A stretch of DNA of 64,000 nt, taken from Myxococcales bacterium (lineage in GTDB: Bacteria; Myxococcota_A; UBA9042; JABWCM01; BTVJ01). A program made the position numbers and the translations under genes. The stretch spans positions 1-64,000 of the forward strand of contig BTVJ01000029.1 in assembly GCA_045863395.1 (NCBI GenBank), given 5' to 3'. The notes below the pieces were generated by a model. It was not told where the DNA came from and did no database searches. It was given only the letters and a program-made list of their open reading frames with translations. This document shows positions 27,040 through 37,800 of the stretch, one piece after another (positions within the stretch are counted from its first letter, which is position 1; each line of letters starts with the position of its first letter).

Positions 27040-27798
27040 ATGACCAACCCAGATCCCTATTATGGGAAGAGCGTGGTGATCACGGGCTACGACAGCCAGT
27101 CCCGCGTGATCCAGATCTTCCTTCAGGACATTCGGGCGAACAGGACCGCCCTATGGGGTAACCGCAACGACATCTTGGACATGGATCCATCGAGCGCAAA
27201 CCTATGCACCTACCCGCCGGTGATCTCCGAGGTGGGCGAGTACTTCATGGGGCGCGGCTGGTGCATCAACAACAGTGTCCCCATTACGGGCGAGACGAAG
27301 CACCCGATCGCACTCCCGAAGGCCTACCCGACCCACAAGGTGGACGCGAGGGTGCAGGCCGTAGTTCCGGTCGTGCTGCTGCTGGAGGACACCAGCAACA
27401 CGGGAGTGCCGGCGGGCGGCCTCCCCCCGTGGATCGGCCCCTTCGAGCTCGACCCCCTCGACAAGGACGTCACCGACCCCAATAAACAGATCGTGCCGAC
27501 GGTGGGCACCAAGTTCACGGGCGCCCTGCTCAACGACATGTGGTTCATGAAGCGGGGGCTCCGCACTCAAGCACGCGGCCGGCAGTACATCTACTCTGGG
27601 CTGGTCGTGAGCCTCAACGTGACGCTTGCGTTCACCGGAGGCGCCTACGCCGGTCAGTCCGTAATGGTCAACCCCTTCAACTTGCGGCTCATCGCCCCGT
27701 CGCGAAAGTACGACCCGACGAGCCCCACGATGATCGATCTCGAGACGGTCGGCGCTCAGGGTGAGATCGCCATCGACGACACCTTCATCAACTCCTGA
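27040..27798 (+). CDS. Orphan hypothetical protein (252 aa), AT-richer than flanks
   Basis: GGAGG RBS, ATG 27040; Asn/Ile/Thr/Pro-rich; no signal peptide or recognisable motif. Confidence 0.75.
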   Translation: MTNPDPYYGKSVVITGYDSQSRVIQIFLQDIRANRTALWGNRNDILDMDPSSANLCTYPPVISEVGEYFMGRGWCINNSVPITGETKHPIALPKAYPTHKVDARVQAVVPVVLLLEDTSNTGVPAGGLPPWIGPFELDPLDKDVTDPNKQIVPTVGTKFTGALLNDMWFMKRGLRTQARGRQYIYSGLVVSLNVTLAFTGGAYAGQSVMVNPFNLRLIAPSRKYDPTSPTMIDLETVGAQGEIAIDDTFINS

Positions 27799-27803
27799 GA
27801 CAC

Positions 27804-27838
27804 GCCCGCCACGCCGCGAGTCGCGGCGGCGTGCGGGC
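27804..27838. terminator. GC-rich hairpin between convergent genes
   Basis: GCCCGCCACGCC...GGCGTGCGGGC imperfect inverted repeat; no U-tract. Confidence 0.45.
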
Positions 27839-27846
27839 AGTCTGGG

Positions 27847-28779
27847 TCAGTCTCTTGTCGGGTGCGCCAGCATCTTGTGGAGGTTGGACACTCCCCTCCG
27901 CTTCCGATAGATGAGTCGCCAGGACGGGCCACGGACCGCCACGGCGAGGCCTCCCAGAGTGATCTCCAACCACCCCATCGCTCCGTCGGAGAATGTCAGC
28001 GGGAAGCTCATCAGAGGGAGATCGAGCGCGGAGGACCCATCATAGGGCTGGTCGCCCTCGACCGCTCGTCTCACGGTGTTGAGCAGGAAGTGCACCTCGA
28101 CCGCATTGACTTCACCAACCGCCCTGACGTCACGAAGGAGCTCGTCGAAGGATGCCGCGCCCACCGCAAGAGAGTCATCCGGTATGTCAATGAAGTCCGG
28201 TAGATCGATGCGGGGGGGGCAACCCCAGGGTTCGACCCTCGCCACGTCGATGCTCGCCTCCAGCGGGCCCACCGCATTGAAGGCCGATGCGCTGACGTAC
28301 CCTGTCGCGGCGACGACCGGGTGCCTCAACCATCGCGCGATGGACAACATGAGCAGCGGCCCGTCCTGGTTCTGATCATCGGGGTTGGAGCACGCCACGA
28401 GACATCCTACGAGCCAGATCTCGGCGTCAGGCTTCAGATAGGAGCCCTTGACCAACTGTAGGAGTGGGCGATAGCTGTCCACTCGCAGGCTGATGAGGTC
28501 AGCGCCAGAGTCTGATCCCCGCATGTTCAGGATCCCGGCATTGCCGTGACCGACGAGATACACCTTCGAGAGCCTGTCGAACTGACCGCGTGACCGGCAG
28601 TCCGCCGCCCAGGCGGCGACGCACTCTGTCCTGCTCTGCCGCGTTGCACCCTTTACCTTGGACATGACGAGGTTGATTGCGGGGTCCTGATCGCCAGGCG
28701 CTACGTTGGTCAGGACACTCGGGTCGGGTCGCGCGGCCTCCTCGTTGGGGAGCGGAAGACAATTTGCTGGCCAGGTCAC
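27847..28779 (-). CDS. Stand-alone DUF4347-like protein, putative His-Cys (caspase/CPD-fold) peptidase
   Basis: GGAGGTG RBS and GTG start; VYLVGHGNAG, DAEIWLVGCLVA, IARWLRHPVVAAT match the DUF4347 pattern. Confidence 0.72.
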   Translation of the reverse strand: MTWPANCLPLPNEEAARPDPSVLTNVAPGDQDPAINLVMSKVKGATRQSRTECVAAWAADCRSRGQFDRLSKVYLVGHGNAGILNMRGSDSGADLISLRVDSYRPLLQLVKGSYLKPDAEIWLVGCLVACSNPDDQNQDGPLLMLSIARWLRHPVVAATGYVSASAFNAVGPLEASIDVARVEPWGCPPRIDLPDFIDIPDDSLAVGAASFDELLRDVRAVGEVNAVEVHFLLNTVRRAVEGDQPYDGSSALDLPLMSFPLTFSDGAMGWLEITLGGLAVAVRGPSWRLIYRKRRGVSNLHKMLAHPTRD

Positions 28780-28809
28780 GCTGCACCTCCGTTGGTTGGA
28801 TGGAATCCC

Positions 28810-31800
28810 CTACCCCTCCCTCTCCAGCCGCTCCAGGATCGCGATGGTCGGCGCATGGTTCCTGTCGATGCGCTGGAGCCTCTGAAGATAGTGCTTCGCC
28901 TTCGTCGTGTCACCAAGCTTGAGGCAGATCTGTCCCAAATTGAAGAAGATCTCGACCTTCACATCATCTGCGGCGTCGTGCTGCTGGAGCTGCATGGCCT
29001 GGTAGATGACCAGGGCCTGGTCGAAGAGCCCGAGGCGAATCAGGAGCCGCCCGTAGGAGAGCAGGTTCGGGAAGTACGTCGCGTCCTGCTTGTAGGCCCG
29101 TGCGTAAGACTGGAGCGCCTTGTCCCGCAGGCCGAGCTTCTCCTGGACGAGACCGAGCTGGTGGGCATACTTGGGGACGTGCTGGTGAAGGCGGCGCTGC
29201 TCCAGATAGCCGACGAACCACTCCAGCAGCGGCGCCACCTGCTCCCAGTCCTGGACCTGCTCGTAGAACGCGAGCATGGCCTTGACTGTCTCCGGGTCGT
29301 CCCGGCGCAGCTCGTAGGCCTTCTCGATGTTCTTGAGGAACAGGTCCTTGCGCCCGAAGCGGTCTCGCCAGATCAGCGCCTGCTCCCGGTAGAGGGCCGC
29401 CTTGTCCTTGTCTGTCTGGGCCCACTGGAGCTGGCGCTGGATCACCTCGACGAGCTCGGTCCACTTCTCGCGCCGCGCGTAGAGCGACCGCAGCGCCTCG
29501 TTGGCCCCGCGGTGGTTCGGGTCGAGGGCGATGACCTCCGTGTAGGCTGCCAGCGCGGCCTCCTCGTCGTCGCCCTGCTCCGCCTGGAGGCGACCAATCT
29601 TCACGAGCACGTCCAGCCGCTCGTCCGGGTCGTCGAGCTGGGGCAGGAGCTGCTCCAGGATCTCCAGGGCGTCCACCCAGTCCCCGTGCCGCTCCTTGAG
29701 ACGCGCGAGCACCCGCAGCGCGTAGATGTGCTCCGGCTCGTGCTCCAGCACCTCCTGGAGGTTGTCCATGGCCTTGTCCGGCTCGTCCAGGTGGCGCTCC
29801 CACAGCTCCGCAGACTTGACCAGCAGGCTGTTGCGCTCCGGCCCCCGAACCGTCAGCGCGATCTTCGCCTCGTACAGCTCCGCCAGCTCCCGCCAGCGCG
29901 CGTGCTTGTGGTACAAGCGCACCAGCTCGTTGATGGCGTCGGCGCTCCCCCGGTCCAGGTCGAAGACCCGCTGGTTGTACTCGATGGCCCCCTCCACGTC
30001 GCCGAGCTGGCGCTCATGGAGCCGCGCGAGCGCGTGCCATACGCCCATGCGCGCCTTGTCCGTGGTGGCCGCCTGCGCCTTGCGCTCCAGCACGGCCCGC
30101 AGCGGCTCCCACAGCTCCGCCGACGAGTAGAGCCGCTCCAGGGCCCCGAGGGCGTCCGTGTTGCCCGGCTGGAGCTCCGAGACCTCCTCCCACGCCTCCA
30201 TGGCGCCCTCTGGGTCGTGGAGCCTGTCCTCGCGCAGCCGCGCCAGCCGCAGTCTCAGCTCCACCAGCTCCCCGGCCGGGCGCCCCGGCACCGACGCCTC
30301 GCGCTCCAGCACCGTGGCCAGGCTCGCCCAGTCACCGGAGCTCTCGTAGAGCAGCTCCAGCATGCGCAGCGCCTCCGCATCGGCGCCATCCAGGTCCAGG
30401 ACGCGGCGGTAGGCGGAGACGGCCTTGTCCGTGTCCCGCAGCGCGCGGGCCGCGGTCGCCAGCTTCCCGTAGAGGCGGCGCTGCTCGTCGAAGGACAGCG
30501 GCAGCTCCGCGCGGCGCTCGCAGATCTCCACCAGGTCGGCATGCCTGCCGGCGCCCTCGTACAGGCGCTCCAGGGCTTCGAGGACGGCCGCGCTCTGGGG
30601 GTCGAGCTCCAGGGCGTGGCGCAGCCTCCTCTCGGCGCCGAGGACGTCGCCCAGCCGCTCCAGGCGCACCTCGCCGCTCCGGAGGAGCAGCGTGTGCTGC
30701 AGGCGCACGTCCATGAGCTGAGGCGCATCCACCGCCTGATCCAGCGCGTCGGCGAAGGCCCCCCAGCGGTCGAGGGACGCGGCCAGCTCGGAGAGCACCG
30801 GCAGCAGGGACGGGGCGCGGTTCGGGTCGTCCACCAGCGCGCGCCGCCACACGTCGAAGGCCGCCTCCGGGCGCCCGAGGCGGTCCCTGGTCAGGGCCCC
30901 GAGCGCCTCACCCAGCTCGCCACGCCGCACCGGGTCCCGCGTGGCCTGGATGCACAGGTCGAGGAGCTTCCCCATGTGGTCCCAGCGCTCCGTGCGCCGG
31001 TACACGGGCTCCAGCACGGCGAGCACGTCCTCGCGCATCTCCGGGTGGCGCCCTGCGAGCCGCTCCAACATCTGGAGGGCCTTGTCGCGTGTCGCGTCCT
31101 CGGACAGGAGCTCCGTCAGGAGGGCCAACGAGGCATCGGCGTCTCGCAGGCGATCGAGCAGGACCTCCGCGATGCCCAGGCGCAGCGCCTGTCGCTCTGA
31201 CGCCCCGGCGGCGGCCACCCTCCTCGCCAACAGGTCGACCAGGTCGCTCCAGCGCTCCTCCGCCACCAGAAGGCGCTCGAGGGCCGCGTGGGCCTCCGGG
31301 TGCAGCTCGTCGGCATCCAGGACCCTCCGGTAGCGCCGGATGGCCTCCTCCCGGTCCCCGGCTCGCTGCTCGGCCAGGCGCGCCAGCCACAGCGTCGCGT
31401 CGCGCCCCGGGTCCAGCTCCGGTGCCTCGTCGAGGAGCTCGCCGACCCGCTCCACCAACGTGCGCCAGCGCCCGTGGCGCTCCGCCACCCCGCAGAGGGC
31501 GGCGCGCACGTCCGCCGACGCGGTGTCCTCCCGGAGCGCGTGGGCCAGCGAGATGATCGCCTGGTCGGGCTCTGTCAGGCGGTGCTCCCACACCTCCGCG
31601 GCGCGCACGTGCAGAGCCGCCCGCTCGTCGGCCTCGGCGAAGTGCGGGAGCTGCATGGCGTACAGGCGCACGAGCTTGCGCCACTCCTGGGCGCCTTCAT
31701 ACAGGGGCTCGATGACCAGCGAGGCGTGGAAGTCGCCATCCCGGACCAGGTCCTCCAGGGCCTCCAGGGTCGGCGCGTGGTCGGGCTCCCACTCCACCAC

Positions 31801-34800
31801 CACCCGATAGAAGTCGAGCGCCTTCTCGGGGCTGCCCAGGTGGTCCTGCCACAGGCGGCCGATGGCGTGGTTGATGCCGATCTTGTCCCTGGGCGATGCG
31901 AACAGCTCGCGCTTGACGAGCAGCACGTCGAGCAGCTCGTGCCAGCCCTCGACCACGGGGTACAGGCGCTCCAGGCTCGTGACCGCGTAGAGGTTGTTCG
32001 GGTTGAGGTCGAAGATGGCGCGGTAGCACCCGACCGCCTCGTCGATGCGGCCCAGGTAGCGCTCGAAGATCTGCGCGAGGCGCGAGAGCACCTCCACCCT
32101 GCGCTCTGGCGCCTCCAGGTGCTCCAGGCGATCTTTGTAGATCGCGACCAGCCCGACCCAGTCCTTCTCGTCCGACGCGATGGCCTCCAGGCGCTCCGAG
32201 GCGTCCAGGTCCGCCGGGTTCAGGGCCAGGAGCGCGCGCAGGTGGTCGGCGGCGAGATCGCTCCGTCCAGTGCTCTGGCGCAGCTCGGCCGCCCGGCGGT
32301 GCAGGTCTCCCAGGGCGGTCGGGTCCTGCTCCCGCTCGATGCGGCGCTCCAGCAGACCGGCCAGCGCCTCGTCGTCCCCCTCCAGGTCGAGCTGCGCCTC
32401 CAGCGCCTGCTGGGCCCTCGGGTGCTCTGGGTGGCGCTCCGCGAGGCGCCCCCACAAGGGCAGCGCCCAGGCAGCGTCGCCGAGCTCCTCGGACAGCTCC
32501 GCCGCGCGCAGCAGGTAGCGATCCTGCAGGTCCGAATCCCCCACGCGGTCCGCCAGCCCCCGCCACAGATCGCGGAGCTGGGCCGCCAGCCCGGACCGCG
32601 TGGCCAGCGCGGCCACCTCGTCCTCCAGCCCCTCGTCCCCGGGAATCAGGGCAAGCGCCTCGCCCATTCGCTGGAGCGCGCTCTCCGGGTCGTCCGCCCT
32701 GTCCCGCAGGAGCTCCCCCAGGCGCAGGAGCAGGAGGGCCCGGGACTCCGAGTCGTCCGTGTGGGCGAGCTGGGCCTCGATGACCCGCGCCCACCGCTGC
32801 CACGGGGTCTCCTCCCCGTACTGCTCCTCGAGAAGAGTCGCCACGGTCGGCCGCTGGGAGTCCACGCCCTCGGGCAGCCGGTCGAGCAGGGACTCCAGCC
32901 AGCGCACGGCGGCGGCGTAGCCGGGGGCGGACTCGAACAGCAGCCGGACCTGCTCCAGCGCCTCCGCCAGGTCGTCCAGGTGCTCGGCGAGGAGGAAGGC
33001 CAGCTTGAAGCGCGTCTCCGTGGCGGCCACGGGGTCGGGCTCGGCGTCGATCCACGCCCGGTAGCAGTCCCCCAGATCCACGTAGTCGGCGCTGCGCAGG
33101 AGCGACCGCTCCAGCCGCGTGCGCGCCTCCTTGTTGCCCGGGTCGATCTCGAGCACCCGCCGCAGGTCGTCCGCGGCGCGCTCGGGCCGGCCGAGGAACT
33201 CGTCCCAGAGGTTGACGGCCTTCATGTAGAGAGCGACGCGCTCGCCCACGGCCTCGCTGATCAACGCCATGCGCTCGAACAGCTCGACCAGATCCTCCCA
33301 GCGCTCCAAGCGCCGGTACAGGCGCTCCAGGGACAGCGCCGCCTGTACGTCGCGCTCGTTGCGCCCGAGCACGTCGAGGTAGGCCCTGGCGGCGGCGGCG
33401 GGGTCGTCCAGGTGGCGCTCCCGCAGCTCGGCCAGACGCAGCCCGATGGACAGCTTGAGCTCCTCGCTGGCCACCTCCTGGAGCATCGCGGAGTAGAGCT
33501 TGTCGAGGTCGGACCAGGCGTCTCGCCTCCTGGCGGCCCGCTCCAGCTCGTCCAGGCGTGCGGGCGTGGGCGCGAGCCGCGCCGCGTCCCGCGCCGCCTG
33601 GAACCAGCCGTCCGCGTCGTGCAGCCGGTCCCGCTGGATGGCGGCGACCCGGTCCAGCGCCCCGGGGTCGGCCGTCTCCTCTGCGCGCTCCCGGAGCAGG
33701 GCGACCGCCTCGCTCCAGCGCCCGGCCCCCTCGTGGGCGGCGAGCAGCAGCTCCCCGACCCGCTCGGGCTCCACTCCGGCCGCCCACATGGCGCGGAGCA
33801 CCCGCTCCGCGGCCGGGTCCGCCGGGTCCTGGGAGACGAGCTCCCCCGCGAAGCCCAGGGCGAGGTCCACCTCGCCCCGCTTCTCCCAGAGCACCTCGCA
33901 GATGCGGCGCTTGAGGCGCAGCGCCTCCTCCTGCCGCTCCGGGTCGGGCTCGACGGCGTCCAGCGCCCGCACGAGGACGCGAGCGACGTCGTCCCACTGC
34001 TCGCTTCGGGCAAAGATCGCCTCCATCTGGGCGTAGGCGTCGGTCTCGCTGGGATCGAGCTGCAGGATGCGCTCATACAGCTCCAGGGCCTCCAGCTCCC
34101 GGTCGAGCGCCCCCTGGAGCAGGCTGCCCATCTGGTGAAGGACTGCGACCCGTTGCGCCGGGTCGTCCGTCGCGTCCACGACGCGCTCCAGCACCTGGAG
34201 GACCTTCTCCCAGTCGTCCATCCCGGCGTGGAGGTCCTCGAGCTGCTCCAGCGCAGCGAGGTTCCCTGGCTCGTCCTCCACCACCAGCCACAGCAGGGCG
34301 GCAGCCGTCTGGCCGTCGGCGAGCACGTCGCGGACGTGCCGCGCGGCCTGCCACGCGAGCGCCGCGCGCTGCCCCGCATCGTCGAGGCGGTCCCGCGCCT
34401 CCGCCACCAGATCGAGGAGCCTGGGCCCCGCGGACGGAGCGACGGCCACGGCGCAGAGCTCGGCCCACAGCGCGTCGTCGCCGGGCTGACGGGCGAAGGC
34501 CAGGGCCAGAAGCTCGAACGCGCGCTCCGGATCGCCGAGGCGGGTCGCAGCGAGGTGCGCCGCATGCCGCAGCCCGGCCACCGCGTCCGCCTGCTCGGGG
34601 AAGCGTTCCCCGCGCACGGTCTCCAGCTCGATGAGGCCCTCGGCGTCCCCCCGCTGCTCCAGAGCCTCGAGGAGGGCCTCGCTGGCCTCCCACCCCACGT
34701 CATCGCGGTTGACGAGGCGCCAGAGCTCGCGCACGGCGTCCCCGGCGGGGGCGGAGGACTGCCCCGCCACCTCGCGGTAGCCCTCCAAGGCGGCCGTCAC

Positions 34801-37800
34801 GTCATCGAGCTGGTCCTCCTGGAGGCGCGCCAGCGAGAGGATGAGGCCGTCGCGGAACGAGCCCGCTGGCTGAGCGCCGATCTGGTCTCGCAGGTGGGCG
34901 CCCAGGTCCTCCCACCGCCCCAGGGACTCCAAGAGGCGTCCGCGCGCCCTCAGCGATGAGTCATCGCCAGGATGCGCGCCGAGGACGCGGTCTACGACGG
35001 TCAGAGCCAGGTCGAGCTTCCCCAGGCGGTCCTCGTAGATCCCCGCCAGGGCGTAGAGCACCACGCGCTCCTGCTCCGGGTCCGCGAGCTCGGCCTTCCG
35101 GCGCAGGGCGGCCGCCGCCAGCTCCCAGCGCGCCGCATCGGTGGCGACGGCCTCCAGGGCCTCCAGGCTGTCCCAGGTGCGCCCCCGGCTCGCCGGATCC
35201 GCCGGCAGCGCCCGGAGGGCCTCGTCCCAGGCCTCGGGCGCCAGGGTGTCCATGAGCTCGGCCCAGCCGCCCGAGTCGGCGGCCAGCCCGATGAGCGCGC
35301 CGAGGGTCGCGGGGTCTCCGGGCCGGAGCGCCAGCGCGCGCTCCAGCGCCGCGCGGGCCTGCGCCTCGTCGCCGAGGCGGCTCCGGTGCAGCGCGGCGAT
35401 GTCCCGCAGCCCCTGGATCGCCTCGTCGAGGGTCGCCTCGCCGCCGTCCAGCGCGGCCTCGACCCGCAGCTCCTCCAGCAGAACCAGCTCCTCCGCGTCG
35501 GCCTCCAGGAGGGGGCGCAGCGCGGCGACCACCAGGGGGACGCTCCGGGGCCGGTCGGGCAGCGCGGGATCCTGGGCCATGGCGAGCAGCGCGTCCCGCG
35601 GAGCCGCGGCGCCGGGAACCGCCGCGGTGGCGGCCCGCAGGGCCAGGACGGCCCGCTCCACGTCGCTCAGGTGCTCCAGGAGGACGCCCGCAAGCTCCAA
35701 GTGGAGCCCGACCGTGTCCACCACGGCGGCATGGGCGATGCGGTGGCGGAGCAGCCCGGCCACGGCGTCCCAGTCCTCGGCGGCCCGCGCGAGGCGCAAG
35801 AGCTCGCCCACGATGTCGTCGTCGCCCCCATCCAGGGCCAGCGCCGCCTGGAGCAGCGCCGTGGCCTCGGCCGGCTGCTGCAGCTCGCTCTCCGCCACGG
35901 CAGCGGCCGAGCGCAGCAGCGCCTTGCGGCGGCGGCGCTCAGGCTCGATCTCGGCCTGCTTGCGCAGCACGAGGAGCAGGCACTCGTGATCACCGGTCTG
36001 GCGGTACAGGCGAGCCAGGGCAAGGAGCAGCTCGGGGTCGCTCGGCGTGTGCCCCAGGACCTCCTCGTAGCAGGCGATCGCGCCGTGGGCATCCCCGAGC
36101 CTGCGGTCCAGGATGTCGGCCTGGCGGCGAAGCAGCTCGAGGCGAGCCGGCTGGTCCTCCAGCGGGCGGGCGAGCGAGGCGTCGGCGACCCCGACGCCCG
36201 TGGCGGCCGCATACAGGGCGGCCAGAGGCGCCCAGAGGTCCGCGGCCTCCGCCGCCCGTGTCAAGCCACCCCACACGTCCGAGGACTCGGGGCGGTGCAG
36301 GAAGACCTCGCGGTGCAGATCGAAGGCCCGACCGGGGGCGTCCGCCTCGTGGAGCCGAGCAAGCTCCGCGAGCACGTCGAGGCGCACGTCCGGGTGCTCC
36401 TCCAGGGTCGCCCGCGTCTCCAGGGCGGCGAGGAGGGCGGCGGCGTCGCCGGTGCGCCGCGCGGCGGCCTCGAGGACCGTCGCCGCCTCCCGCTGCCTCA
36501 CCCCGCGGGCCACAAGCCCGGCCACGGCCGCCCGGGCGTCCACGTGGCCCGGGGCCTCCTCCAGCACGCGCGCCCACAGCGACAGCGCCCGCTCCGCCGA
36601 GCCCAGGTGGTCCCCGTGCAGCCGGCCCAGCTCCACCAGCAGCTCGTGGCGGTGCCCGAGATCCAGCTCGACGGCCACCGCGGCGGCGAGCAGCTCGGCC
36701 AGCTCCGCCCCCCTCCCCTGGCGCTCCAGCATGCGGCGCGCCCCCTCCAGCGCCGCCCGGTCCGCCGGGTCGAGCGCCCTGAGGCGCTGGTAGACCTCCA
36801 AGGCCCGGTCCGGGCGGTCCAGGAAGTCCTCGTACAGCTCGCCCAGGCGCAGGAGCCAGGTGCGGCTGTCGGGGCGCCCCTCCGCCGCGTGGACGCGCAG
36901 CCACAGCGTGCTCTCCAGGCGCCCCCAGTCGCTGCTCCGGATGGCGATCTCCTCCAGACCGGACAGCGCCTCGTCGCTGGTCGCGTCGATGGCAAGCGCC
37001 TGCTCGTAGAGCACCGCGGCCTCCTCCGGCCGCTGCATGCGCTCCCGGAGCACCCGCGCGTGGAGCAGCACGACCTGGAGGCGCGCGCCGTCTTGATCCC
37101 CGAGGAGCTCCGCGGCCTGGTGGCAAGCGGCGGCGAGGTCCTCGAAGCGGTCGGCCTCCTCGGCGAGGCTCACCAGGCGGAAGAGATCGCCCGCGCCGCC
37201 CTCCCGAGCCGCCGCCAGCACGGCGCGCACCGCCCAGGCAAAGGCGATGTCCGGCTCCCCGAGCCGCGCCCCGTGCAGCTCGACCAGGCGCTCCATCGCG
37301 CCGCGGGCCTCCGTCGGGTCGTCGGCGTGAGTCGCGATGACGGCCTGCACCTCCGCGAGCTTGCGCCAGGCCTTGCGCTCCTCGTAGCGCCGGGACAGGG
37401 CGCGGGCGGCCTGCACGTGGTCCGGCGCTGCCGCCAGGACCCCCTCCCAGCGCATCAGGGAGCGGCGAGGGTCATGGAGCTGATCATCGTAGAGGCGGGC
37501 CAGCTCGACGAGCATGTCGACGCGGTCCTCCGCGTCGCCCAGGTGTGCTGCGGCCTTCTCGATGACCGTGGCCCAGCCGCGCCAGTCGCCCCGGGCCGCG
37601 TGCTCGTCGCGCAGCTCCGCCCAGGAGCGGTCGTCCAGCGACAGGGCCTGGAGGCCGGCGCGAAGGTCGGCGCTGGCGGGCCTGGACTCCGCCAGCGCCT
37701 CCTGCGCCCGCGCCACGCCGCCCTCGTCGCCCAGACGCTCCTTGCGCAGCCGTGCCACCTCCTCCCACAGCGCGGCGCGCCGCTGCCGCGTGGGCGCGGT

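Noticed and set aside
26750..27040. Diversity-generating retroelement targeting the FGE domain
   Set aside because: No template-repeat copy and no reverse transcriptase seen in the window.
27040..27798. Bacterial gasdermin call for the orphan
   Set aside because: Size and protease neighbour fit, but the N-terminal Cys and the P-rich GD motif typical of bGSDM are not recognisable.
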